From Parasitella parasitica NRRL 2501 (lineage: Eukaryota; Fungi; Mucoromycota), in contig MU619286.1 in NCBI GenBank assembly GCA_025201805.1, positions 112,678-176,677 of the forward strand: a stretch of DNA of 64,000 nt, in the 5' to 3' direction. Below the pieces are notes generated by a model, which was not told where the DNA came from, did no database searches, and saw nothing but the letters and a program-made list of their open reading frames with translations. The position numbers were made by a program, and so were the translations under genes. Shown here piece after piece: positions 52,522-64,000 of this stretch (its first letter is position 1; every line of letters begins with the position of its first letter).

Positions 52522-52976
52522 TATATAATATTTATTTCTTTGAAAAAAGTTGTTGAAGGAAGAAAGAAGTGCTATTTTAAATTCGAGTTTATATATGTTC
52601 AAGGTTAATGTAAAAAGTCGGAAGCAATTTTTTTTTTTTTAAAGTTTTTTCTTCAAGAGTTATTGGCATCAAATGTTGCCGAACGAAAAAAAAAAAAAAA
52701 AAAAAAAAAAAATACCAACAAAAATTAGCAATTTTTTTTCTATTCAAAATGAAATCTGTTGTATATAATTCGAGCATATTTCGCGTTTGTTTCGCGATTT
52801 CACGACGTCTTCCTTGGATTTCATTCTATTTCTGATTTTGTGGTTGTAAAGAATTTTTTTCTTCAAAGTTTCTGTATATAGAAATCGAGTCACCGACACG
52901 AAGTTCTATATATTTGGCAAATCTCTGGGATTTCTGCTTTTTCTTTTCATTAAACAAGTTTACACCTACAACGAAA

Positions 52977-53330
52977 ATGGCTGCCGATCTCCCTACCAAA
53001 GATAATAAGAAGTCTGCTTCCAAGGACAGCAAGAAGAGAAAGATCACTCGTCGTGAAACCTATTCTTCCTACATCTACAAGGTCTTGAAGCAAGTTCATC
53101 CCGATACTGGTATCTCCAACAAGGCCATGTCCATCTTGAACTCTTTTGTCAACGATATCTTTGAGCGTATTGCTTCTGAAGCCTCCAAGTTGGCCGCTTA
53201 CAACAAGCGTTCCACCATCTCCTCTCGTGAAATCCAAACCGCTGTTCGTCTTATTCTTCCTGGTGAACTTGCCAAGCACGCCGTCTCTGAAGGCACCAAG
53301 GCTGTCACCAAGTACACTAGCTCCAAATAA
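52977..53330 (+). CDS. H2B: Histone H2B (copy 2)
   Basis: Protein identical to copy 1. Confidence 0.99.
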   Translation: MAADLPTKDNKKSASKDSKKRKITRRETYSSYIYKVLKQVHPDTGISNKAMSILNSFVNDIFERIASEASKLAAYNKRSTISSREIQTAVRLILPGELAKHAVSEGTKAVTKYTSSK

Positions 53331-53707
53331 ATTGAGCGTCCCAAATACTATATTAATGCTATTCCAAACGAAACAAACTTATTATCACCTTCTGACCCTC
53401 TTTTAAGCCTTTCTCTTCCTGCATTCAATATAATTCACCATTATATTACCCCCAAAAAAATCGTTATATATATTATTTTTTTTATTCCCTCCTGTTATAT
53501 ATTTTGGGATCCTTTCAAAGCTTTTTTTTAAATAAAAATTCATTGAATCATGCTATATTTGTATACGTTTGCAGAGAATCCATTAAATGTGCTGTGTATC
53601 ATTATTAATTTTTCCAATTTATCGGTTGTTAACTTGACACGTAAATTTGATCAAACGTGTTGTATATTATTTATTTGCTTTGGAAAAGAAAAAAACGATC
53701 AATTTAC

Positions 53708-54348
53708 TTAGGCAATGAGCTCAACAACACCACCAGCTTCCTTGATTTTCTTCTCCGCAAGGCGAGAGACGAAACGAGTACGGACAATAACAGGTTGAGA
53801 AATAGTACCCTTGGCTAAAACCTTTCCGTAACCCTAATTATGCGCCCATAAGTGTTAATTACCTAAATCGATTGAACCATTGTTGACAATATCCCATTTT
53901 ACCTTTTGGAGAGCATCGATGACAGGAACCTTCTCAGTGTTCTTATATTGTTCACGAACGCCTTCACCAGCAAGGGTCCAGATTTTATCGAGATTGACAA
54001 TAGGACGCCAGTTGACGTTGTTCTTCAAGTGGAAATGTCGCATACCGACCTTACCAAAGTAACCAGGATGGTACTTATCCATGTTGATACGGTGATGATG
54101 TTGACCACCTGCAAGACCACGACCACCAGGATGTTTTCTGTGTTTACCTGAATATCAAATCCAAATAGTGTGAATACGTCTAGTAGGAATGAAATCATTG
54201 AAAACATACCAACACGACCGTGACCGGCGGAAACATGTCCACGCTTCTTTCTGTTGTGGTGAAGTCTAGTAGGCTATAGGTTCATCAAAAAACATTGATC
54301 AGTACTATGTTGCATGGATGGATTGATGAATGGATTAAAATTTACCAT
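53708..54348 (-). CDS. RPL28: 60S ribosomal protein uL15 (L27a/L28)
   Basis: ATG-only first exon; [22 protein letters not shown]; [18 protein letters not shown]; AGGVVELIA*. Confidence 0.97.
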
Positions 54349-54642
54349 GGCTTAAAATGCTTTACTGGATAGAGAGGGATTATTAGAACTGCAGTGTGGG
54401 CATTTACTATGAGGTTATTGCGATTGAATTCCAGTAAAAAAGTGACAATCCGGGCCGAAGTAGCTAATGCTCGGCCACCAAGTCCAACCCCTTGGAAAAA
54501 TATAGTTGTTTGCATGCAAATGTGTTTATTGATCTAGCAATTTATTTCATGATCAGGATAAAAATAAAAACCAAAAAAAAGGGATAAAAAGCAAGGTATA
54601 TATGTATATATATACAGATAGTTTAGAGTGGTATTCTCAATG

Positions 54643-54683
<41 letters not shown>

Positions 54684-54726
54684 TTTTTTTTTTTTTTTTT
54701 TTTTTTTTTGCAAGGCAAATGGGTGT

Positions 54727-55769
54727 TCAATTTGAATCATTCTTGATGATACAGGGAGATGATGTTGCAAACCGTGTTCCACGCTTCAACTTTTCAAGTT
54801 CGATTTCTAATCTTAATTGTTCCAACTTCATTTCTTGCATTCGTTCTTGATGGTCCATTTTTTTGAGTTCAAGCTCCACATTCACCAACGTCAGTCTGCT
54901 CTCATCTGAATGGTCATTCAATGTGTATCTGCAAATTTGTTAATTGACGCGCAATATAAACAGCCCAAATTTACCTAGCATTATGGCCACTGTTCAGCGA
55001 TTGCAGAGAAGATGTCGGCTGGCATCCTGCTACAATCTTGGCCAATGTGTGCTGATTTTGTCTTCTTTTCTTGTAGGAGGAGTCAGGGGCAGCCGTAGAC
55101 CTCTTGCTAGTGGTAGCATGTCGTAGATCTGTATACTCTTGTTGCTGAGCGGGTAATGGAGTAGGATAAGGTGTTTCTGACCTACCGGGTGGCGAGGCGC
55201 TGTTTATCATGTGAAAAGGTTCAGGCTTCAAGATGGGCATTTCATCCTCATTTGATTTATGAGTACTATCAACATGCTCTGCAGGGGCAATATTTTGATG
55301 AACGGAAGGGGAATCTGTAAAAGAACTTGCGAATATAGGTTTGCAGCGATCATAATATGGAAATTCTTTAAACATTTTCACTGAACAAATAAACAAATAG
55401 GCTTGTTAGTATTGCTATTTCAGCATTTTTCTCACTTTTACCTCTTAGCTCGTTAATGGCAACTTGATCGTTTTCAACGTCAGGAGATGTCAACTGTTCG
55501 TTCCACCGTTTAAAGCGAGATTCCAGCCAACGTACTTTAAACTTGATAGCTTCATGATTCATGGCGTTGTTGAATATTTGCTCTCCTACTCGTTTTGAAT
55601 ATCCAGATTTGTTCTCTCTCCACTTACTGTAACTGCCTGGCAGCTCCAGATCGTCGAGTAAAAGTTTGATATCTTCTTCTTTCCATTGAATATAGCGCCT
55701 TGAAGGTTCGGGAGCAGAAGACACAGGCGGGGCAATTGTATCCTCAGATGTAAAAGACTGCGTGCTCAT
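54727..55769 (-). CDS. Myb/SANT-like DNA-binding protein with C-terminal coiled coil
   Basis: WKEEDIKLLLD..AIKFKVRWLESRFK..FPYYDRCKPIF; C-terminal ELELKKMDHQERMQEMKLEQLRLEIELEK; 3 exons. Confidence 0.65.
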
Positions 55770-56604
55770 CACTACAAAGCAGGTGCGTGTTAAACGAAAG
55801 TGTGTAAAAGGAGAAAGGGCGAAAGAAGAAGAAAGAGATAGAGAGTTTCAATTTTCTTTTTTGTAAATTGCGTAAAATCCACGCAGTTACCATCCAATCA
55901 TTTAATATACACACAGTGGAGAGTATAGTTTGGGGAAAGTGGTGCGTTCCTCGTTCATCAAAGCAACTATTATAAAATGTATATTAAACACAAGCATCCC
56001 TGTTTTATCGCGCCTGTAAATTTGGTAATACTATAGAAATGGAACTTTATCGATCTGCCGTTTTCGTTACGATAGAAAAACTCCAAGCATTTTCAGTGCG
56101 ACACATCTCCCATTCTTATTGCAAAATACATACATTTTGACCCTGAGACGATTAATTGATGACTTTTGAGCAATTCAGGTACCGCAGTCGAGTACGTTAT
56201 ACGGTACATCTTTACCCAAATTAATAGATAACATGTATAAGAAAAAACATTTGGATGATCATCATTTGAATCTCTTTATCCAGCAGTTTACGTTAATTTA
56301 AGTTCTTTATTCTTCAAAAATAAAAGTTTGCTGTTTTTAACATTTGATATTTCGTACACTTTTTGATTAATGCTACAATTTTTTTTTGCTTTGTTTTGTT
56401 TTATGCCAGGCGAACAGCTTTATTGGTGGGCTGTAATAGTTACATATGGCTAATTACATGGAATAAATCTAGGAATTGCACAAGTATGGTTTATATTGCG
56501 GTATTGTTCAACTGGTAATTCAACAATAAATAACATATTTTATGTCTTTATTAAAGGAAAATGTATATCAGAGTTACAATCAGAGCTTTTTAAGGATAAG
56601 AAAT

Positions 56605-57531
56605 TTAATCAAAGAGACCGAAACCCATATCATCATCCTCTTCCTCCTCTTCTTCGGCAGCAGCCTCGGCAGCGGGGGCAGAAGTGGTCTCAGCAGCAGC
56701 GGGGGCAGCAACAGCGAAAGCATCAGGGTTAGCAATGTATTCCTTGATTTGCTCAGAGCCGGGGAATGTGTAGTCGGAAGCGACAGAAACAGCCAACAAG
56801 TTCTTGTATCCGTTGATGACAGAGTGAGGAACGGAAGCCAAGGTAGGATAACCAACAGCAAGAGAGATGGAGGCAATCTCGCGGATAGCAGCCAACAAGT
56901 TGGCAACCAATTGGGACTCCTCAACATCGAGAACTTCGGCAGAGAAGAGAGATCCATCGTCGTAGATTTGAACGACACCCATACCGTAGGTGAAGGGAGA
57001 GATGTTCAGCATGTTCAAAAGGGTAGCCTCGGAAGGACCGACCTTGGTACCAGCGGCGACAAGCTTGACATCAGAAACAATTTCAATGGTACCACGAGCA
57101 ATCTTGGTGGGAATACCGAGAGCTTGGAAGAAAGAGGTCTTTCCTGGTTCCATACCAGTGTTACCACCGGGAACAGTAACATCATCAGGAGCAATGGCAC
57201 CAGCACGAGCAGGAGCAGCGACACGGTTGGAGACGATCTTTTCACGGATAGCCTTGAGGTCACCGTTGGTAAAAACAAAACCAATGTTACCCTTAACGAA
57301 GCCGAGAAGCTTCTCAAGTTCGGGACGCTCAGCGATCAAACCCTTCAAGGCACGACGAACCATGGTGTTCTTACCCATGAGGACAACAGCCTCACCACGG
57401 AGGGAGAAACGGATTTGATGCATTTGGTTAGAGCTGACATTGTCAACGTTGACAATGAAGATGGACTTGTAGGTGTCCAAGTAGTTGGTCAGCTTTTGGA
57501 AATAAAGGGCCTTGTTTTCTCTCTTCGACAT
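56605..57531 (-). CDS. RPP0: 60S acidic ribosomal protein P0 (uL10)
   Basis: [29 protein letters not shown]-terminal [10 protein letters not shown]; 5'-UTR intron 57569-57641. Confidence 0.99.
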   Translation of the reverse strand: MSKRENKALYFQKLTNYLDTYKSIFIVNVDNVSSNQMHQIRFSLRGEAVVLMGKNTMVRRALKGLIAERPELEKLLGFVKGNIGFVFTNGDLKAIREKIVSNRVAAPARAGAIAPDDVTVPGGNTGMEPGKTSFFQALGIPTKIARGTIEIVSDVKLVAAGTKVGPSEATLLNMLNISPFTYGMGVVQIYDDGSLFSAEVLDVEESQLVANLLAAIREIASISLAVGYPTLASVPHSVINGYKNLLAVSVASDYTFPGSEQIKEYIANPDAFAVAAPAAAETTSAPAAEAAAEEEEEEDDDMGFGLFD

Positions 57532-58531
57532 GTTGATATTTTACTGTTCGAGGACCTTTTTAAAGAAACTACATCATGATGGTTTGTTAGTTCATGATGG
57601 ATGGATGGATGGATGGACTTGGTTTTCGTTCAAGTTCTTACCTTGGCAGATGAGGATGATTATGTTCATCGCGATTGTCAATGGCTCTGATATTGCTTTC
57701 TTTTTTGAATAGATTCCCAGTCCGTTCCGAAAACTGTGACAACTGGCAAGTGTCTTTTAATGCAATGTAAATTCAGTCAAAACATTTACGGTGCTTCCCC
57801 ACTCTTATATTGCCGACTTTATGAACCCCAATTTAAACCAGTATTTGGTGAAAATCACTACTTTAATCCTCAATTTTTTGGCGCAAATTGAGAGTGGAAG
57901 TACTCTAAACCAATTTTTAATACATAGAAGTATGCTATAATCTTTGCCTCGTAATCAATCGCAACTCTAATCAGTAATGTTTTCAATTTTTCAATTTTCG
58001 AATGTACCTTTTCTAGTCATAAGCATCAACCACCACGAGTAATGCTGTCCAACCAACCTGCTGGCAACAAGACCTCATGTTGAAAAGGGTTAATTAGTAA
58101 ACCTAAGTTGCAGTCGTACATTATGGCATTAGGATATGATGTTGGTCCATGTAAATACATCCCGAAGATGTATTTCTAATAAAAGGGCAGATTCGAGGAA
58201 AGTGGTTAAAGTCAGCAAAAGTAAGCCTCACAGACTCTCTGATCAAAAGAGTATACAGCAATACAAGAGAAAAAGTACAAGTAAGAAGCCTGTATGCCTT
58301 GAAGGATGGATATTTAGGTAAGTCTGACTTTAGTTTGTATAAAGCATGTATTTATCAATTAATGGGTTTCAAGGTTTTTATTAAACAAATGTAATATATT
58401 ACAAGGCTGTACAAGCGAATATGACTAATTAACAATTAAAGTTTTTTTTTTTTTTTAATTGATTCAAAGTGTGTATAAGGAGAATTGATGTTGGTCAAAG
58501 TGGTAGCATATTTAGTTGCAGGAGAAATACT

Positions 58532-61493
58532 CTAGTCAAATCCTTGATGTGCGGCCAATTTGTTAATCTTGGTGACCCAAACAGCAGTAGAGTTTGGCGT
58601 TGAAGGTAACTCTCGACACTCTTCATACACGCGCTGAGCGCCCTTGTGATCATTACATTCCAACATGGCCTTCATCACAGCATAATAAGATCTGACAAAC
58701 AATACGATATTGTCAGGAGTGCGAGCTTGCCAAACTTTTTGAACCGTTTCGATGTCAGACACGCCATATGCACCCCAGATCATCAAATCAAATGTGTGTG
58801 CATCGGGAGCAGCCATCTTTGAGTTTTGTAGCATTTCGTCGAATACCATCTTTGCTGCTGGATACCAGACCTTGGTGGTTGTTAAGCTTGCCAGTAAAGA
58901 GTTGTAGTGGAGCGTTGTCAAGGCAACTTGATCTTGCTTCAAGGTGTTCCATAATTTCCATGCTGCATCAGGGTTCTTCATGTGGCGATGTGCTGTTAGC
59001 AGGGTGGTGATTGCCTTGGCATCAAGCCATTGATTGTCATTGAGCTCGTGGTAAATTCTGTCTATTTTCTGTATGTAATTGACTTGACGTTGTTTGGAAC
59101 CCTTAATCGTATAGGCTTTTGCCAGTAAAGTCAATGAGGCGGCATCCATGGAAATGCCAGCTTTTTCAATGCCTTCCAGCAACTCAATAGCACGGCCTTC
59201 GTCGGCTCGTGGTGATTGCAAAAAGACAGAGGCCAGGATGGTGTAAATGACAAGATCGGCATTGATGTTGTTTGCTAGCATATCTCGAAACAGCTTGTAC
59301 GCTCTATCAAACTCTGCGGATTCCGCGAATCCCTTGATGAGAGGTGCGTAGTGCACGGCTGTAGGATGCAACTGATAACTCTCCATGTGGTGCAGTAGTT
59401 CGCTTGCTTTATCCATTTTGCCCTGCACAACATGGCCATAAATGAGGTGCGAAAACACAAAATGATTGGGCTTTACGCCTGCATCCACCATTTCTTTATA
59501 AATCGATTCAGCCTTGGTCATATTACCAGCATATGCAGCATTGCGGATACCAAGGGCATAGGTATATACATCCGGTCTCAGATGCGACGTATCCAAAGAA
59601 GCAATAATACTGTCGAGAGTCATGTTGAGGCGGTTCGAGTGCTTTGGTTTATAAAATTTGCCTGCCGTCTGCAAGATGGTATTATAGGTACGGGTGCTTA
59701 TATCGGGTGCTTCGAATGTGCTCTGCAATACACTTGTAAATCGCTCGAAATTCGACTCTAGATCTTCCTTTTCCAGGTACTGAAATCGCGCAATTGGGAT
59801 TCGTGAAGAGATGCTATCCAGCGTGCTGCTACCATCTGCTATCATCCTGTAAAGATGCGAGGTGACTAAATGGGCCTCTTTGGGGTGCTTGAGAGAGTAA
59901 TTCAAGAGTGTGTTGTAAATGTGATTGCTGCTGGGCATTCCCTTTCGCTGCATCACATCCACGTATTTCAGCGCTTCTGCGACGTTTCCTTGATCAGCAT
60001 AGTACCGCACAAAATTGCCATACGTGATTGTATCCGGTTCCAACTTTAAATTTACCATAGTATCGTACATTTGAAAAGCGAGTTTTGTATTGTTCTTGTC
60101 CAAGTGGTATTTGATCAGTATGTTGAATGTGTACGCATCTGGCTTCACCTTGAACTTTGGCTTTGCAGCAGCAGCTTTGCTTGCACATGCACATTTTTCA
60201 CCACACCCCTTTTTCTCGTAAATCACCAGCAGCTCAATGATTTCCTCGATACGATCGATATCATCGGCAGCTGTGTAGCATTTGAGGAGGGTGTTGATTA
60301 TTTCTGTGTCAGGCCGATGGCCCAATCGACGCATTGCCTGATACAAGCTGGAGACTGACTGAGCTATGTTTTGCAGGTCGTCGGTTTCCTGTAATCGAGC
60401 GCGTTGTACCGCTTGGCCAGCTAAACCGTCCATAATACTATTAAATGTCTTTCTGTTGGGAACAATTCCTGAATCAACCAATCTCTTCATCCACTGCTGT
60501 GTGATTTCCTTGTCTGCGTTGTTTCTGTAGTCCTTGAGGAAGCCATTGAGCAAAATGTTAAAAGTGGTGCGGTCTGGCGAGGTGGTCATTTTCGAGTAAA
60601 TAGCCTCTGCTCCTTGCAGGTCGTGCAGCTTGATTTTGGCGGCTAGCAATATATTATAGGACGATGTATCCGGCTGTAGGCCTTTGCGGATCATCTCCTG
60701 TTCAAGTGTCTTTAGTTTGGAAAAGTAGCGCTTCTTTGTTGTATCGTCAACGTATTTGAATCGGCGGACGTAGACGGCCATCATCTGGTTGTACACTTTG
60801 ACATGTGGGCTAGTAAACGATGTGTAGTGCGATAGATTACGAAACAAGGATTCGGCGCGTTTCACTTGGCCCAATTTGCCGTACAGCTCGAGCACCATGC
60901 CGATTTCGTGTGCATCCCAAGAGATGTCTCTACTTTTACGCACAACATTTGATAGTGTCTCAAGTCGATTCAGGTACAACTGCTGTAATCTAGCAAAATC
61001 CAGAGAGAGATGAGGCAGATGTGTATGCACTTGGGTGTGTAGTGATTTCAACAGCGACTGAACTGTTATACGAGGTATATTCTGCTGCGTTAAATAAGAG
61101 GCGGATTTGTCGACGAGCCTCCAAGCGTTTTCGACATCGCCACTCTGTAAATAGCTCTGGATAGACATGGTCGTAGGCGACGGTAATTTCTTGTCAATGT
61201 TGGAGCTGATGTGAACAGGGATGCGTCTTTTTGCTATAGACTTTATCTGACGCAGATGCTCCAAAGAGTCTATTTCCTCTAGTAGCTTTGGTGCTGCATC
61301 ACATTGCAGTCAGTACGAGGCGCTGGCAAACGGTCTGGCTATTCTTACCTTGCTTCGATCTTGTCACAACTGTAGACGCCTGTCTTGCTTGACAGCTGTG
61401 GGCAAACAAAAAGGAACGCCATTGTTCCATGAGTCGTTGTTTGACGTTTTGTCTAATCTCTGACTGCAGGTGCCTACACCGCATATGGGCCAT
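58532..61493 (-). CDS. Pentatricopeptide-repeat (PPR) protein, probably mitochondrial
   Basis: Many 35-aa repeats (PDTSSYNILL, PDRTTFNILL, PDAYTFNILI, PTAVHYAPLI); Arg-rich N-terminal exon spliced via an intron at ~61295-61348. Confidence 0.92.
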
Positions 61494-61850
61494 TGCTCTA
61501 AATTGCTGCTCAAATTACAGCGATAAAAAAAAAAAAAAGAGACAAGGATGCAGCCAAATGTCGAGTTGTTTAATAATAATAAAAAAAAAAAAAAAAAGTG
61601 GAGTAACAAAAAATGAATTGGCAAGGCTGTTTTGCTCTTTTCCCCCAATGAGATACCAAGCACCCCTAGGTCTCCTTTGCTTCCATGAACAATCATACTC
61701 AAAAGACGTCACCGCTGCCGATCAGCTTGGCAAACTATGATGTTGTTACATCTGCATTTTTGCGCTCAGTTCAGCACAATCCTCCACAGATAAAGAATCA
61801 AAAGATAACTTTATTGATATTTGTTTGTATGTCTTATTTATGTAACCACC

Positions 61851-62818
61851 TTATTCAGGGCCAAGCTGCAAGCTATGGAATTGCTGTCGGAATTGTATCG
61901 AGCCCACTCGTTGATGGCCATTTCTTGGCGTATTATCCGCCGCATCAAATGTATTGTGCACTGCATTTGGCATGTTTGGCGTTGCCATGTCGGGTATCAA
62001 CTCACCACGCTTTGCACACTCGATCATGTACTCTAATTTTTTGATCTGCTCCTGGTAATTACTCACGTCTTCACGCAGCTCTTTGATGTGGTCAACAGAG
62101 AGTTTGAGTATCGTGCCCTTGTTGATGGCTCTTCCGTTAGAACCAACCTGGCCGTTGGAGACTGACATGACATTTGAACTGGTAGGAGCTGAATCGAGCA
62201 ATTTTTCGGGTAAAAGAGTGCATAGCTCTACACATAGGTATACACAAGCAAAGTTAGCCCTACACTCGCACTGTCTGCTTTCTATGTCACAAGCAACATG
62301 CATTTACCTTGGATGCGCTCATTGATGTTGTCTCTTCTTCGTCTCTCGACTGCGTTATGAGACTCTCGTCTCCGACGACGCTTCTCAAACATCTCTTGAA
62401 GACTGCAGCAAACAAAAGGGACGGATCAGTATGCAAAGAATGCAGCAGACTCTCCACAATACAACACTTACTTTCTCTGTTGGCCATCGTCGTCATCGCC
62501 GTTCTGCGTGCTGCCAATCAGCTCCAAATGGCCACTGGAGGTAGAAGGAGAGACAATACCTCCAAATATGGGAGATTGGCCGAATGAAGAGCCATTCGAG
62601 TCCAAGCTTGTGCCAAACCAGTTTTGCGAATTGTTCTCGTTGAAGGCCATGCCGCCAGAATGGTTGGGAGGAGACATGGCAGACACTGCAGTGCCAAAGG
62701 AGCTTTGGCGTTGATGGTGGTAGGGAGGATTGAACAGCCGATTTCGTACCACAGGTACGGCTCCGACCGTAGTATGATCATTGTCCATGTTGCTGTTGTA
62801 ATCTTGCTGCTGTGGAGG
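61851..62818 (-). CDS. bHLH-Zip transcription factor (Rtg3/MiT-TFE-like), 5' end in the gap
   Basis: KRRRRRESHNAVERRRRDNINERIQ|ELCTLLP..NKGTILKLSVDHIKEL. Confidence 0.88.
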
Positions 62819-63059
62819 NNNNNNNNNNNNNNNNNNNNNNNNNNNNNNNNNNNNNNNNNNNNNNNNNNNNNNNNNNNNNNNNNNNNNNNNNNNNNNNNNN
62901 NNNNNNNNNNNNNNNNNNNNNNNNNNNNNNNNNNNNNNNNNNNNNNNNNNNNNNNNNNNNNNNNNNNNNNNNNNNNNNNNNNNNNNNNNNNNNNNNNNNN
63001 NNNNNNNNNNNNNNNNNNNNNNNNNNNNNNNNNTTTTTTGTATGTAGAGAAAAGGATAG

Positions 63060-63074
63060 TTACACATACACATA

Positions 63075-63112
<38 letters not shown>
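63060..63112. repeat. (CA)n microsatellite
   Basis: Directly visible. Confidence 0.95.
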
Positions 63113-63115
<3 letters not shown>

Positions 63116-63158
63116 CTATAACTTTTACTGAAAATGTGCATAAACATGCATCCTTTAT

Positions 63159-63802
63159 TTACCAATGTTCTTGATTAGGATAATGCACAACTTGGATCCT
63201 TCTCGCTCGTTTCTCGTCTTGCCATTTGTCAAGATAGGCAGACATGGCTTGCGATTGACTGACGTTGACAGTGGGTATAATCTGCTGTATGTCCAGACTA
63301 GCAACAAAGGACGCCAGCTCTCTGAAGCTAGAGTGTTCGGAATAAGGCACCCCAAAGAGCTTGATGCCGTGTCTGTTGTAGTAGGGCTCCAGCCGAACTG
63401 CTCTATCTGCAGGCGGTATAATGATTTCAGACAATGGTGCCTGCTTCATGTCTGATGTCTGTGATGCCGTGGATTTGTATGTCCACCCCGAAGGCTTAAA
63501 GGCGATAAGCGACTTGAAATGGGCCTGGTGCTCCTTTAGATAATTTGACATGATCTATTACAGCTGTGTCAGGAACCCCCATGGTCTCTACTGGTATTAC
63601 AGCACCCACTTACATCTGCTCGGATATCTCGCAGCGGGACAACATGGACTTGCGCTTCGAGCGGATTGCTCGTGAGCATGCTCTTTAATTCGTCGTCTTC
63701 CTGGCACTGCAGGATGCGCATCTTTTTGTAGGGCGTGTATACCTTGCACTTGAGCATGCGAGCAATGTCTACACAGTATCAAACAGTTAGAGGCCTCGTC
63801 AT

Positions 63803-63834
<32 letters not shown>

Positions 63835-64000
63835 CATACTGATGAATACTCGCTCCTTGCCAATGGTGTATGTGCCAACTACAATCAGCACTCGTGATGC
63901 TGTCGCCCTGCTATTTTGGTCCATCACCAATTTAAAGGCGTCATTGTTGGTCATGGGATCCTGTTCAGTTACAGCTGGCGTCTTTGCGTGGATCCAGGCT
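63159..64000 (-). CDS. PSO2: DNA cross-link repair nuclease SNM1/PSO2 (3' part)
   Basis: VVGTYTIGKERVF, EAQVHVVPL, AFKPSGW, GVPYSEHSSFREL, IIPTVNV. Confidence 0.93.

Larger units (their letters stand above)
52124..53332. repeat. Inverted repeat arm 2 (H2A-promoter-H2B cassette)
   Basis: Reverse complement of 42657-43865. Confidence 0.97.

Noticed and set aside
54150-54208. Possible intronic snoRNA in RPL28
   Set aside because: The intron is ~60 nt, too short, and has no complete C/D or H/ACA box set.
56542-57579. 345-aa plus-strand ORF
   Set aside because: Antisense shadow of the strongly codon-biased RPP0.

Overview
Eukaryotic, AT-rich, gene-dense fungal DNA with short (~50-70 nt) spliceosomal introns. 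Gene content and style point to Mucorales (inference). There are five N gaps (11656-11730, 24508-24517, 24846-24855, 49515-49724, 62819-63033). About 32 protein-coding genes can be modelled by hand: an ELO-family protein, a secreted LysM-LysM-3D protein, NAPE-PLD, MND1, two CE4 deacetylases, PAS kinase, arrestin, RING, SAP30, DnaJ, a C2H2 array, CWF19L1, an uncharacterised protein, ML/NPC2, MetAP, TMEM209, TMEM164, RBM5-like, six core histone genes, RPL28, a Myb-like protein, RPP0, PPR, bHLH and SNM1/PSO2. Decayed mobile elements include a piggyBac-like end, Tc1/IS630, two TnpB/Fanzor-like relics, a DIRS tyrosine recombinase and two Helitron fragments. The strongest signals are: (1) a secreted fungal-type LysM protein fused to a bacterial-type 3D (MltA-like) domain near two soluble CE4 deacetylases; (2) a palindromic histone locus in which two inverted, nearly identical H2B-H2A cassettes bracket an H3-H4 pair; (3) an intron-bearing Fanzor1-like gene inside imperfect terminal inverted repeats; (4) an elongase-family gene with both key His motifs changed to Gln. 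All family calls come from motif recognition by eye, no searches were run, and exon boundaries are manual estimates.
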